Positions 13,101-24,600 of a stretch of 64,000 nt of DNA are shown in pieces. The stretch lies in the NCBI GenBank assembly GCA_043228905.1, contig JBHGNT010000002.1, positions 2,976,001-3,040,000 of the forward strand, written 5' to 3'. Position numbers and translations under genes: made by a program. A model generated the notes under the pieces. It was given only the letters and a program-made list of their open reading frames with translations, was not told the DNA's origin and made no database searches. Source of the DNA: Azolla caroliniana. Its lineage: Eukaryota > Plantae > Polypodiophyta. Position 1 is the stretch's first letter; each line of letters begins with the position of its first letter.

Positions 13101-15240
13101 TTATCAACCGGGCCTCATCTACGTCAACTACATGTATGCAAGTGAACCAATTACTTACAAAGAAGCTATATCCGTACCGGACGCCGATACATGGCTACAA
13201 GCCATGCAATCCGAGATGAACTCGATTCGATAGAATCACACATGGGAGCTAGTCGAACTACCAGTTGGAAGAAAGTCGCTACCTAGCAAATGGGTTTTTC
13301 GATACAAATATATATCTGACTCAGAGAAAACCAAATACAAAACTCGGCTTGTTGCGAAAGGGTTCAAACAAGAACATGGGGTTGACTATGATGAGATATT
13401 CTCACCAGTAGTCAAGATGACCACCCTTCGACTCCTATTAGGAGTTGTGGCAACAGAAGGCATAGAGCTTGAACAGATGGACGTAAAGACGACATTTCTA
13501 CATGGAGATCTGGAAGAAGACCTTTACATATCTCAACCGGTAGGCTTCACAACTACGAGGGAGGAAAGTCACCTCGTATGTCGACTGAAGAAAAGCCTCT
13601 ATGGCTTGAAACAAGCGTAGAGGATGTGGTACCAAAAGTTCGACTCCTACATCAGGCAGCTTGGATACCGCCGATCAGATTCCGACCCATGTATGTACAT
13701 TCGGAAATTGGCCGACGAGTCTAGGATTTATCTGATCCTATATGTCGACGACATGTTGATTGTAGGTAGCAGTCAAACGAAAATAAAGAAGCTAACGCAG
13801 AATCTGCACAACAAGTTCACGACGAAGGAACTCGGACAAACCCGATACATATTGGGAATGAGGATCGAGCGAAATCAAACGACTAAGACTCTTCGACTCT
13901 CCCAGTCCGACTATATCAGGAAGGTGCTGATGGAGAATGCGCAACCAGCATCAACACCGCTTCTGACTATCGGACAGAGACTCTCCTTCAATGAACAAGG
14001 AGAGAGAGCTTAATGGAAAGATGCCCTACTCATCGGCTGTAGGAAGTATCATGTACGCAATGGTGGCGACCCAAGCCAACCTAACATATGCCATAGGGGT
14101 GGTCAGCTAGTACATGTCAAACCCAGGACGGAATCATTGGGAGACCGTCAAACACATCTTCAGGTACCTAAGAGGGACCAAAGATACACAACTGACTTTC
14201 GGTTTGACAACCTCAACCGAAGTCTAACGATACACGGACTCCAACTATGGTGGTAAATTGGTAATACGAACAATAGGAAGTCAACATCGGCTATATCTTC
14301 ACCTATGGTGGTGGTGCTATATCATGGAGGTCGAAGCTTCAAGAGTGCATGGCCCTGTCGACCACAGAGGCCGAGTACATGACAACGTCAGAGGCAACGA
14401 AGGAAGCAATCTGATTGCACCGACTGTCTGCCAACTTTTCATCTACAGGCCGAATCGATCGGCTAGAGCCAACCATCTATTGCGACTCATAGAGCGTTAT
14501 ACACCTCATCAACAATCCTGTCTATCACGCAAAGACAAAGCATATTGAGGTGCGGTATCATCACATCCGGGAGCTCATAACCGAGAAGAAGATTGAAGTC
14601 CGGAAGATCGACACCGAGGTGAACATCATCAATTACCTGATGAAGCCACTCCTAGATCAACGCTTCAGAACACTAAGGACAAATATGGGACTGCGACAAG
14701 CGACCGTGCAGAAGAAGGCCAAATGAGGATCAAAAGGTAAGCCGAACCGATCAACTCAGACAAGTCAATCTGACTGACTAGCCGAACCAGGATAGACATT
14801 GAACACATCTTTGTCAACTCAGCCACATGTCGATTGAGTTGTAAATATAAATTTAGATTAAATTTGTAATCTAGGTTTACGGGGTAGATAACCCCAAACA
14901 CTTGAACATGTAGGAAAGAGTAGTCCTTTTACGGGGGATTTTGTTGGCATAAAAGGCCAACTCCTTCCAATTTGTATCCTAGTGTGAACTCGTCCAAAAG
15001 AGTTAGGGCTTAGTATATATAAACAATAACCTAACGGTGTAAAAGAGAGAACTTCTTGATCATCCTGTATAGTGATCTCTGAGTGAGAGTGAGAGTGAGA
15101 AAGAACGTAATATATCAAAGCTTCCATTAAAGCTTAGAATGTGTCCATTCTTTGTTTATTCTCTTGCCTTCCTTCTGTGTTGTTTGTTGAACACTACGAC
15201 AAACCCTCATACATACGTTTCCGCACATATTCGATCCACA
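10146..15240 (+). mobile_element. Ty1/copia LTR retrotransposon, near-complete gag-pol with stops and frameshifts; 5' LTR truncated
   Basis: PBS TGGTATCAAAGC at 10276-10287. gag KFDGKNFALWK, protease WLLDSGATFH, integrase HTDICGP...LRSDN, RT QMDVKTTFLHG/LYVDDMLI, RNase H KTKHIEVRYH. 10146-10273 matches 15113-15240 (LTR 3' end). Confidence 0.93.
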
Positions 15241-15379
15241 CATACAACATGCCTTAACAGGGAAGTCCACGTTAATTACTCCTTATTGATCAATATTGGT
15301 GGATTTGGCGAGATGGTCGAGGATTTCGATGGTAATCGCCGAGATTGTTGATGCGAATAATGTAGAATATCTCCTATTT

Positions 15380-16400
15380 TTTATCAGGATGAGTGAAGAT
15401 AGTGGCTAAGGCTGAAGCATATTTTCATGAGGGGATGAGGAGAGCACATTCATTTTGTTTTTTTTTTGTACAATATTTTGTTGGTAAACGGCGAGACGAC
15501 GGTTGATGTGGAAACCACACAATTTTCAATTGTACAAGGGGATGAAACATAATTTCATGAGGGGATTAAGAGAGTAGTCTCATTTTGTTTTTTGTAGGTA
15601 CATGGCCTTGGTGATATACAACGAGATGGTTGATGTGGTCACTGAAGCAAATTTTCTATTTTGTAAGGATGAGTGATGGTGGTGTCGGGGGTGGAGGCAA
15701 ATTTTTATGTCAAGGGGATGAGCACAAAACATTCATTCTATTTTTGTTGTACAGGACTTTGGTGGTAAACTAAGAGATGGTTGATGTGGGAAACGAAGCA
15801 CGTTTTCTTTTTTTGTAAAGGATGAGTGGCGATGGTCTCGGGGGATGAAGCATAATCTCATGAGGAAATTAGGAGATTAGTCTCATTCTATTTTTTGTAG
15901 GTACATGGCCTTGGTGGTATACAACGAGATGGTTGATGTGGTCACTGAAGCAAATATTCTATTTTGTAAGGATAAGTGATGGTGGTGTCGGGGGTTGAAG
16001 CAAATTTTTATGAGGGGATGAGGACAAAACATTCATTCTATTTTTGTTGTACAGGACTTTGGTGGTAAACGAAGAGACGGTTGATGTGGAAAACGAAGCA
16101 CGTTTTCTATTTTTGTAAAGGATGAGTGACGATGGTGTCGGGGGAAGAAGCAAAATTTCATGAGGGGATGAGGAGAGTAGTGTCATTATGTTTTTTGGTA
16201 TGTATAGAACTTTGCTAGTCTACTGCGAGATGGTTGATGTGGACTTTGGCGGTAATCGGTGACATGTTGGATGGGGAAAAGGAAGCATATTCTCTCTGTT
16301 TGATAAGGATGAGTGATTACGTTGTTGGGGGGACGAGGACAATAGAATCATTTTCTTTTCTAGTTTATGCTTGTTGGTGTGGAGTTGGAAGCATATTCTT
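15380..16400. repeat. Tandem array of about 150-bp units with A/B (about 300-bp) higher-order structure
   Basis: GGTTGATGTGG anchors at 15501, 15628, 15779, 15931, 16079, 16232. Alternate units are the most similar. Confidence 0.85.
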
Positions 16401-18769
16401 GATGGTCGGCAAAAGTACATGCTTTGAAGCTCGGAGATTTTAATGCTATCAATACCCCTTCACAATTGTTTTTTTGAAATCATTCAGTACACAACAACAC
16501 ATTGGAATACATTGTTCGACTCCAACCATTAGAAGTCATTGGCAAAGTTTTCATCACATTCCAAGATTTCTAAAGCTGGTTGATTTTGTAGGCATGTTTG
16601 TGTGAAAGGTTGAGGCGTGGTTTTGAAAAGTTGGCTATTTTGCTTGTTTGTTTTTTTTGCAGGTTGGACTATTCATCGTGTTCATTTGGAGAAGGATATG
16701 GCTTCATTGTATTTTCTTTGTCTCTAAAGATTGGCTACGTGTCTTTCAGACTTATCTTTACCTACAAAGATTGATTATGGTCATATGTAATATTGGACTA
16801 TTTTGTAGCAAGGCCTCCGACCATTGTAATTCTAATACCAATGGAGGATATATTTTCAAGAATTGTTTTTTTGCATAAAGTTCCCTTGGAAGGTGATAGG
16901 CTCAAGGTTAGGCCATGTACTAAGAGTTGTGACTGAAGACCGTTTGTTGTTGAGAAATAAACCAGTTGCGCATGCAAGGCTATCATACATGTGCTTGAAT
17001 CACACCAACCGTATCCAAGGATGCTTGGTTTCGATACGATTTTTACACACATTACTTGGTCCTAGACTTGAGCATTACCAACGCTAGTTGTGACCTCACT
17101 TGAAAGCAACCCTATCAATTAAATTTAATGCTCAAGAGTCCATCTCTAAGTTTATTGATGGCAATGAATTAGACCATAGCCGATGTTCATATAAGGTGAT
17201 GGAAACAATAGCACTTTTATCAATTAAATCTTATGTGGTGTGCCCATATACTTTGCAAGGGGGTAGAAGAGTCAACTTTCATACTAGACTCTATGTTGTT
17301 TACAAGATGTGTGGCTCCCTATTGATGGAGCGTAGCTTGAGGCATGCAAAGTTCAACTTCCAACTAAGTAGAGCACTTTTGATATCCTTCCAAACATGTT
17401 TGGACGATGTCTTTCCTAAGGGTAATTAAGGCTACGTAGGTCAATGGTCCATATTATATCTTGAGAGGCCTCCCATTGATAGAATCAAGGAGAATTTCCC
17501 CTTAGAGTGTCATGAGTCGACAAGCATCGGACTTAGTTATCTTTGACACAATATGGGGACCTTCTATCAATAAATGTTGATATTCTTTTTGAAAATTTTA
17601 GAAAAGAATATCAAGGCCATGTGTCCTTCTACTAAGTCATTATTTGTGACATTATTATCATACCAAGATTTAACCCGTGCTTTTTTATCAATAATACTTG
17701 AAAAGCTGAGAAGCATGTCTTTATGATTATTTTAAGGTTATGGAGATGACTAGAGTACCCTCCCATTATTCTTCTACAACAATTCACATGTGACAAGCTA
17801 AGAAGTCCATTGGCATTATTCACTTTTGTTCCTAAATTAAACAAAAAGGGATATGTTTAGTAGTGACCTAGTAGGATGTGTGGAAAACCCACAAATCTAC
17901 TTGGAGTTGTTATCCCTAGTCTTATTGGGGGGCAGAAACAATCTTAGTAAGCACCAACATATTATATTGTTGGAACTCTTAGCTTCACTATACACTAGAG
18001 GCTAGATATAAAGTGCATTTGCAACAAGTGATCTTGAACTCTCCTAAGAGATGACCAACAACTTCATTCAACCAATGGAACTCACTGTTTCTTATAGGCT
18101 CATATGGGCACCTAAATATGATGATGATGTGTTCATAGAAGAACTGGATTTTCATGTGAGTATCATTTGTAGGACATGCCTTGATTTTGCTCATTTTGAG
18201 AAAGTCTATAATAAACACGTTCACGTTCACAAGTGGAAGGATCATGCATTCCACTTATAGATTCCTTTTATAATCTTACGATTTTAGGAAATTTTTAGAA
18301 ACTCAATACACTAATATCACATGTTTTAAATAACATGTAAAATTTGTTGATTTTTTGAGATTTAACAAGTGTCAAAATGATAATTTCTAAATTGAATAGT
18401 TTTTCAATAAATGTTTAAACGTTGATGGTTTGCATATATGAAATGTAGTTAACTTAATGAAAATCACAATGGTTAATTCAAGGCACAAGTTACAATTAAT
18501 GGTTTCATTATCTTGAGGAGATGTAGGTTCCAGAAGTTCATGTAACATCTATTGTTAGACTTGAAAATGTTTTAAGTATAAGAGGTAACATTGTGATCCT
18601 TAGTGCCATCATCTATAAATTTAGTGCTCATTAACATCCATAAATTCACAACTCAAGAAATGTAGACAATATTCATAAATAGTTTTGATAAATCCACAAC
18701 TCTTAAAATGTAGACGATATTCATAAACTATCAAAATTGTCAAACTTAGATGTGAATATTAATATATCA

Positions 18770-19890
18770 ATTTGAACATATCACATAGTTATCAGGGTGT
18801 CCACAATGCTCTCCTCTTCTTCCTTTTGGGAACTCCCCTACAAAATTTTGTGAAGTAGTATCTACTCCACATAGACGAGCAATGATAGGGTCCTCAAATA
18901 GCTCATCGACAAAATCAATAAGCTCCTTAGGTTCACCAGCTAATGGAGAAATAGGTTCATGGGATGTAGATTGAAAATGTTAAGACTTTAATCCTCATGT
19001 TAATAAATCTCACTTGCTCATCATCCTTTTTAAGTGCAAGAGTATTTCTGAATAGCAATTAAAATGTAGTACACATTAACAATTTAAAATGAAGATTGTT
19101 TTAGCTAAACATAAACTATATATGATTTCGAAATGCATAGCAAACAAAGTGATAATAATTTACTTGAGCTGGAGAAAAAATCTAGTATCCAATCTCCTTC
19201 ATTGGAGAAACATTTCAAATGGTAAATATCAATATTAAGTAGAATGTATTGATGGGAAAATCAAAATTCTCCATGTAAGATAAGTATTCCTTACTAAGAA
19301 AGGTTTTCTATTCCACGACAATGAGATCTCAAGGCTTGTGCTATAGAGTATCCTTGGTCCATCCTATGGAATACAACAATTCTCCATAAGGATATGTATT
19401 GTTTGTGTGAAATATTTCACCATTTTCTCAAGTTGTTTAAACATAAATGGTTCATTTCATATGTTAATCCAACCATACAAAATCCGTATGGTATGTCAAC
19501 AATTGATAATATGTATTTCTTTATTGGCAATATGGGTATCATCTTAGCCACATCACCACAATAGACATTATAATATAAATCTCGGGTGATATCCTTTTTA
19601 TGGCTAAATTTCTTAAAAGTGCCACCATCTTCTACACCATATGCCTTCATTAAACGGTAGTCCTTTTCTTTCCACACTCTTTCAAGATATGCAATAAATG
19701 ATGTAGGAAAATCAAGAATATCTTTAACTTCTCTCAATTTCTTACTATCACTATCTTGGTATATCACATTGACTATACGTGGCTTCCTCACATTGATTAG
19801 ATTCTAAAGATGAGCCTTGATTTTTCAAAAAGAAAATCTTGATTGTACGCTCATCTTGATTTTCAATTGACCTTGTAGGCACAAGATCGA
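18770..19890 (-). pseudogene. Beta-class N6-adenine/N4-cytosine DNA methyltransferase (N6_N4_Mtase-like) pseudogene with introns
   Basis: VYCGDVAKMIPILPIKKYILSIVDIPYG (motif IV DIPY at 19486-19497), then WRIVVFH...ALRSHCRGIENLS, then FSNEGDWILDFFSSS (19209-19165, motif I), then past an intron TT...RNTLALKKDDEQVRFINMRI. Motif order IV before I defines beta class. Contains frameshifts and stops. Confidence 0.8.
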
Positions 19891-20224
19891 AAAATATAGA
19901 GAAACTCAATTATATGAACCAATAATTAATTTCTAACAACTATATGTTTAAAGACAGATTAACTCTAGAAAAGGCCTCTAAATGCCAAAAAGAGACAGGT
20001 AGATGCGAAATATCGCAAAAATTAATGAATTTTTGTTAAATAATATACAAAACAACCACTAAATAGTCTAGTAAAAACACTCCAATCAAGCAATTTTTCT
20101 AATGAAAAATCTTGGAAAAAAATAGAAATTCATTACGACAATAGAGATTATTTGTGAAAATATACAATTTATTTAGCAACTCGATAATTTTAATAGTAAA
20201 ATTGAGGCTTCGTAGTACAATTGT

Positions 20225-20930
20225 ATACAATGCATCAAATTCATGTTGAAAATTCATTTTTTTACATCAACTCGATACAATGGTTGAAAACTCATCATTT
20301 CGACACGAACTCAATACATTGTATCGAGTTCATGTTTAAAAAAAAAAGGGTTTTTATTTTTAATTTTTTTCTATTAATTTTGTTTATTTTGGTTTTTGTT
20401 TGAAATTGTTTTTTGAGCTTGAAGTGATGAAAAAACTATAGTTTTCATCACAAGTCGATACAATGTATCAAGTTCATGTTTAAAGTTTTTTTCCCCCCCA
20501 CGCCTTGATAGCCCTCTCTAAAAATCCCCTCAGCTTTCACCGTCAAGGGTCTCGCGGTTGTGCTCATGGTTTGGTCGCACCATCAAAAATTGGACGGAGT
20601 GTCGCCCATCTTGGCTCTTCACGCGTGTGTACGCCGAACCGTTATCCAACACTTTAAAAAAAAACCTTTAAACATTAACTTGATACATTGTATCGAATTG
20701 AGATGAAAACTCTAGTTTTTTCATCAACTCAAGGTAAAAGAAAAAATCTTTTCTTTTAAATATGGGGAAAAAAAACTTTGAACATGAATTTGATACATTG
20801 TATCAAATTGTGATGAAAACTCCGTTTTTAGCATCAACTCGATACAATGTATCGAGTTCATGTTTAAAAATGTTCTTTTTTCTCAAATAGAGTAGCTTTT
20901 TTAAACATGAACTCAAATTGTATTGAATCC
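20225..20930. repeat. Inverted array of the palindrome (AA)CTCGATACAWTGTATCGAG(TT) around a GC-rich core
   Basis: Copies near 20270 (partial), 20308, 20455, 20678, 20790 and 20836 (perfect 23-mer at 20836-20858). 20418-20490 is the inverse of about 20660-20735. Confidence 0.85.
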
Positions 20931-21639
20931 CTATTTTTACAAGAGAAAAAGAAGCATATTGATAATCAAAAGAAGTATGTTGCAGAAAAAGATACCTTAT
21001 GGTGAACATGTTCTTCATTGATCAACAAAAAACCATTCATAATTGTGTTGATGGTAGTTGAACCTTGCAAATGCCGTTTACATGGTCTATAAAATATTCT
21101 TGTGGTCCTCAATCACCACTTCAAGCTCTTAATGTTGATCTTCATAGTTTGGTTCATCCACAACAAAGAAACATTTATGTGGAACCAAAGATGACAACGC
21201 GATCATAACTCATGTGACAAGGAAACTGGCAAGAACTCAAGTTGGGGATATCAATAGCTACACGTGTAGATGGCCATGACCTAGGGCACCAATTTTGAAT
21301 TGATAGAGTTTTGGACGTGGTGATGCATTAAACCTTTGTAATACATCTATCATTGACATTAGTGAGGTGGATATCATTGTGTATGACTTTACACTGAAAT
21401 AATTTGGATGTTTAAGGAAGACAACGATAGACATAATAAAAGAGTTATTACGAAGTCTAGAAAATGTCTCAGATTGAAGGCGAACAAGATTTAGTGCACA
21501 CAATTTGGAGACACCATTTGGTGAAGACAATGATTTGATTGGTACATTTGAAAATGAGGAGGAAGAGTCACAATTATATATTAGCTATAGTAGTGATTCT
21601 CATGAAAGGAGTGATCATAGTGATGCAAATAACTCCTAA
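20930..21639 (+). pseudogene. Decayed ORF 3' end inside the TIR element, probable transposase C-terminus
   Basis: Broken frames LHGL*NI...HHFK, ELKLGISIATRVDGHDLGHQF*IDRVLDVV, IDISEVDIIVYDFTLK*FGCLRKTTIDIIKELL, then an acidic tail to TAA at about 21639. Catalytic core absent; identity inferred. Confidence 0.4.
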
Positions 21640-24600
21640 ATGTATTTTTTGTGCAACAATATGTAACAAATTTAGAAAACATTTTATCGAATGATATAAA
21701 AAAGTTGATTGTTTTGAAATATTTTGGTTTTGATTTCTTGAAGATCTAAAAACTTATTAATTGTCATTTTTCCTTAAAAATACACAAAGTTACTTTCCGT
21801 ATTTCACCAAAATTTGGCATTTTTCAATTTTACCAAATGGCGAAAATTTCAACTTTTTCATCAAGTTTTTGAGAACATGCGATACTAGTATCAAGTTGTT
21901 TTGTGAAAGAGCAAAAAAAAACCCAAAATCAGAAGGAATAATCCTTATCCTTTCACTTGTGCGCGATCCTTCCACTTGTGAACGTGAACATGTTAATAGT
22001 CATAATTACATATTGTTGTTGGTTTGACATTGGACTAATAGTTCTAATGAAACCAACTCTCTAGGTTTTTGACCTGAATGTTGAAATATTTGAAGATGCT
22101 CTTAAGCCATATGGGTTCTTAGGCGACAATTGATGGTCCATGATACTTCACCTCCATTCCCTTGTGCCTATAGAAGGTCTTTCTTCATTCTCAATGTCCT
22201 CACAATAGGAACATTGATTGTGAGTCAATAGATAGACACAAGCTTGCCTACTCAACTGAGTGTGCCTCTTCTCTATGTGAGCTTTGGCAATTGTCCTCAT
22301 ACTATAGCAATGGAGCCTTTCTCAAGTCAAGAGCTATGATCTTGTTGTGTCATGATGCATTATGGTCAAGATTTGAGGGCTGACCCAAACTGCTCATTGA
22401 GGTTGAAGTCTTGTTCAAACATTGTTTAGCAAGCTCAAATCCTCATGTTTAGACATGTTTGGCTTGGTAAGATATCGATATCAATGTCGGCTCTAGAAGG
22501 ATCCAACTCATGTTCCACTCCTCAAGAGATAGACGACACAATTGCTTCCCAAATTGGCATGCTTCTAACACATCACTTGTCTCATTTTGTTTGAAGTCTA
22601 AAAAGTTATCTTTTTTGCATTATGCCCAAATTTAGTAGATAGGTATGGTTTATTCTTTTGTGTCATACATCTAAGTGGATGGCACCTCGAAGATAACACC
22701 TCATGTTCCACTCCTTCGTAAATCAATGATGTTGTTGCTTCTCAAAATTGCCACGCGTGGCACTTATCTCATCAGGTTTGTTGTTTTAGGAGCCTACTCA
22801 TAACACCTCATGTTTGCATTATGTGCAATTTTTCTAGATTGATATATTGATTCATTTTTGCCATTTTTTTATGTCAAGTGTGCCTTTTTCCCTTTGGAAA
22901 ACATTGTTTATTCTTCTTCTCCCTTCACAAACTATCTAGCTACATTGTAATAACAATAGTTGATCTCATCTATGAGTATGAGCCTACTCTTTTTTAATGA
23001 TGGGGTTATGCGTAACACACAAGAAGCGAATGGGCTATGATTATCACACTCTTACTCTTTAATACCATGTAAAGATTTGGAGAACTAGATGGAAATTCCC
23101 ATGCAATGGAATAGATGTGTGTAGTGTGTGTGTGATAAATAAATTTTATTATCGTCCTTGGAGGTCAAATATGATCTATGAGACCAAAAATATAACATTT
23201 TTAATTAATATATATGAAAGTTTGTAGTGACTCTTGTTGTTTAAGAACTTTATTAATGACATCACAATCAAGAGTCTATACAATGATTGTGAGAGAATAT
23301 TGTGCAAGGATTGGGTTTGGTCGAAGATGTGTGAAAAGCATAGTTAGATGTGATTGAAGCTAGAGCATTGTATTAAGGTGTGATATATAGACTCCTAAAC
23401 TTGTTTAGGGTAGAGTGGCATTATTGACTCTCATCACTTTTGTCCCAATATCCTATCTCACATTATAGTGAGTGTGAGCTATGTTGCACGGAAGCAATGG
23501 TTCGGATGGCAAATAACATATGGGATTTAACATGTATGTTTTTTCCAAAATGAAGTTGCTTTCCCATTAGTTAGGAAGGATTATTACAAAGAGGCTTATA
23601 CATAAATAGGGGAATCACCCTTCGACCAAGTTCAAGAAAATGAAAATACATACATAGCCTTTCGAATTGACTACTTAATGTAAGTAGATACCTATAGCTA
23701 AAAGTAATGCCCTTCAGTGTCGGCCAGTACAAGTTGACTCATGGGGCCTATAGCGAAGGGAGGGTGGCAAGTGAGTAGGAAACAACAAGTGTGGGGGCTG
23801 GTAGTTCCACCTCGAGTCACTTCCTCCTTGCGTCACCATGGACGTGTTTCGCCATTTCTGTCAAAAGCGCAACCAAGCATTGACCACGATGTTGGAGTGG
23901 CTGCAAACCTCGTCCAATTGCCCTCATAGGCAGCTGATACGCGCGAACCATATATCCATGATCACTTCCTCTGGGGGGCGTACCAAATACTCGAAGACCT
24001 TTAGGCAATGTGCTTTCCATACATACCACAGGGTGAAGCCTACGATTAACATCCAAATTTCCAGGAACTTAGGGGATGCAGATTGCAAGCCTCTCTCAAA
24101 ATGGATCTTGACGATTTAGCCTCTCATGCATACATAGCACCAACTATCCGCATTGAAGGTGTTCGTCCACTTATCAATTGAGTGATCGATCCAAGCCGCA
24201 ACCCATGCCGCAAGGAGGCGAGTCACTCTATCCCATACCTTTTGAGCTTGAGGGAAATCCCACAAACAATGTGTGAGAGTCTCGATAGGAGAGCAAAGTG
24301 GGCAACCTATCAGGCCACCACATTTACCTAGCCATTCGCCAATGAGAACCATATTATGACTGATTTGCCACCAAAAGAGCTTGATCTTTTCAGGCATGTG
24401 GAGACGCCAGAGACCCTTCCAAAATGTAATGCACACCTCATCAAGGATGCCCAATCTTCACCAACCATTGCGTAGGGGATCATCTAGCTGCACTTGTAAA
24501 GTTCGACCCAATTTAATGTTGTATTCGAAGAAGTGGCAAAATCTGCCATCATGTTTCCACCTAAAATCCCCTGGGTCCCATTCTAGTTCGACGAGGGGAC

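Larger units (their letters stand above)
18214..21994. mobile_element. TIR DNA transposon (3781 bp, internally deleted, tentatively Sola-like) carrying a DNA methyltransferase pseudogene
   Basis: TIR AACACGTTCACGTTCACAAGTGGAAGGATC at 18214-18243 matches the reverse complement of 21965-21994 at 29/30. Weaker inverted similarity continues about 170 bp inward. AATA TSD at 18210-18213 and 21995-21998. Confidence 0.85.
16450..22900 (+). mobile_element. Highly decayed LINE (ORF1-like, RT) split by the TIR transposon at 18214-21994
   Basis: IGSRLGHVLRV...ARLSY (ORF1-like, 16863-17087). FEKVYN|S (RT 'DFEKAYD' motif) rejoins across the insertion; RQGCPL-like remnant near 22235. Outer boundaries are approximate. 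Confidence 0.55.

Noticed and set aside
15380-16400. CRISPR-like periodicity
   Set aside because: Whole units are similar, there are no unique spacers or cas genes, and the context is eukaryotic.
18770-19890. Bacterial contamination as the source of the MTase
   Set aside because: It is embedded within TIRs inside a plant LINE, AT-rich, decayed, and interrupted by intron-like sequence.
18216-21992. Alternative boundary with TTAA-type TSD (piggyBac-like)
   Set aside because: Flanks would be TAAA vs TTAA, a mismatch, whereas 18214-21994 gives a perfect AATA. Not fully excluded without more copies.
23131-23462. Possible solo LTR TGTGA...TCACA
   Set aside because: Flanks (GTGTG vs TTATA) do not form a TSD.
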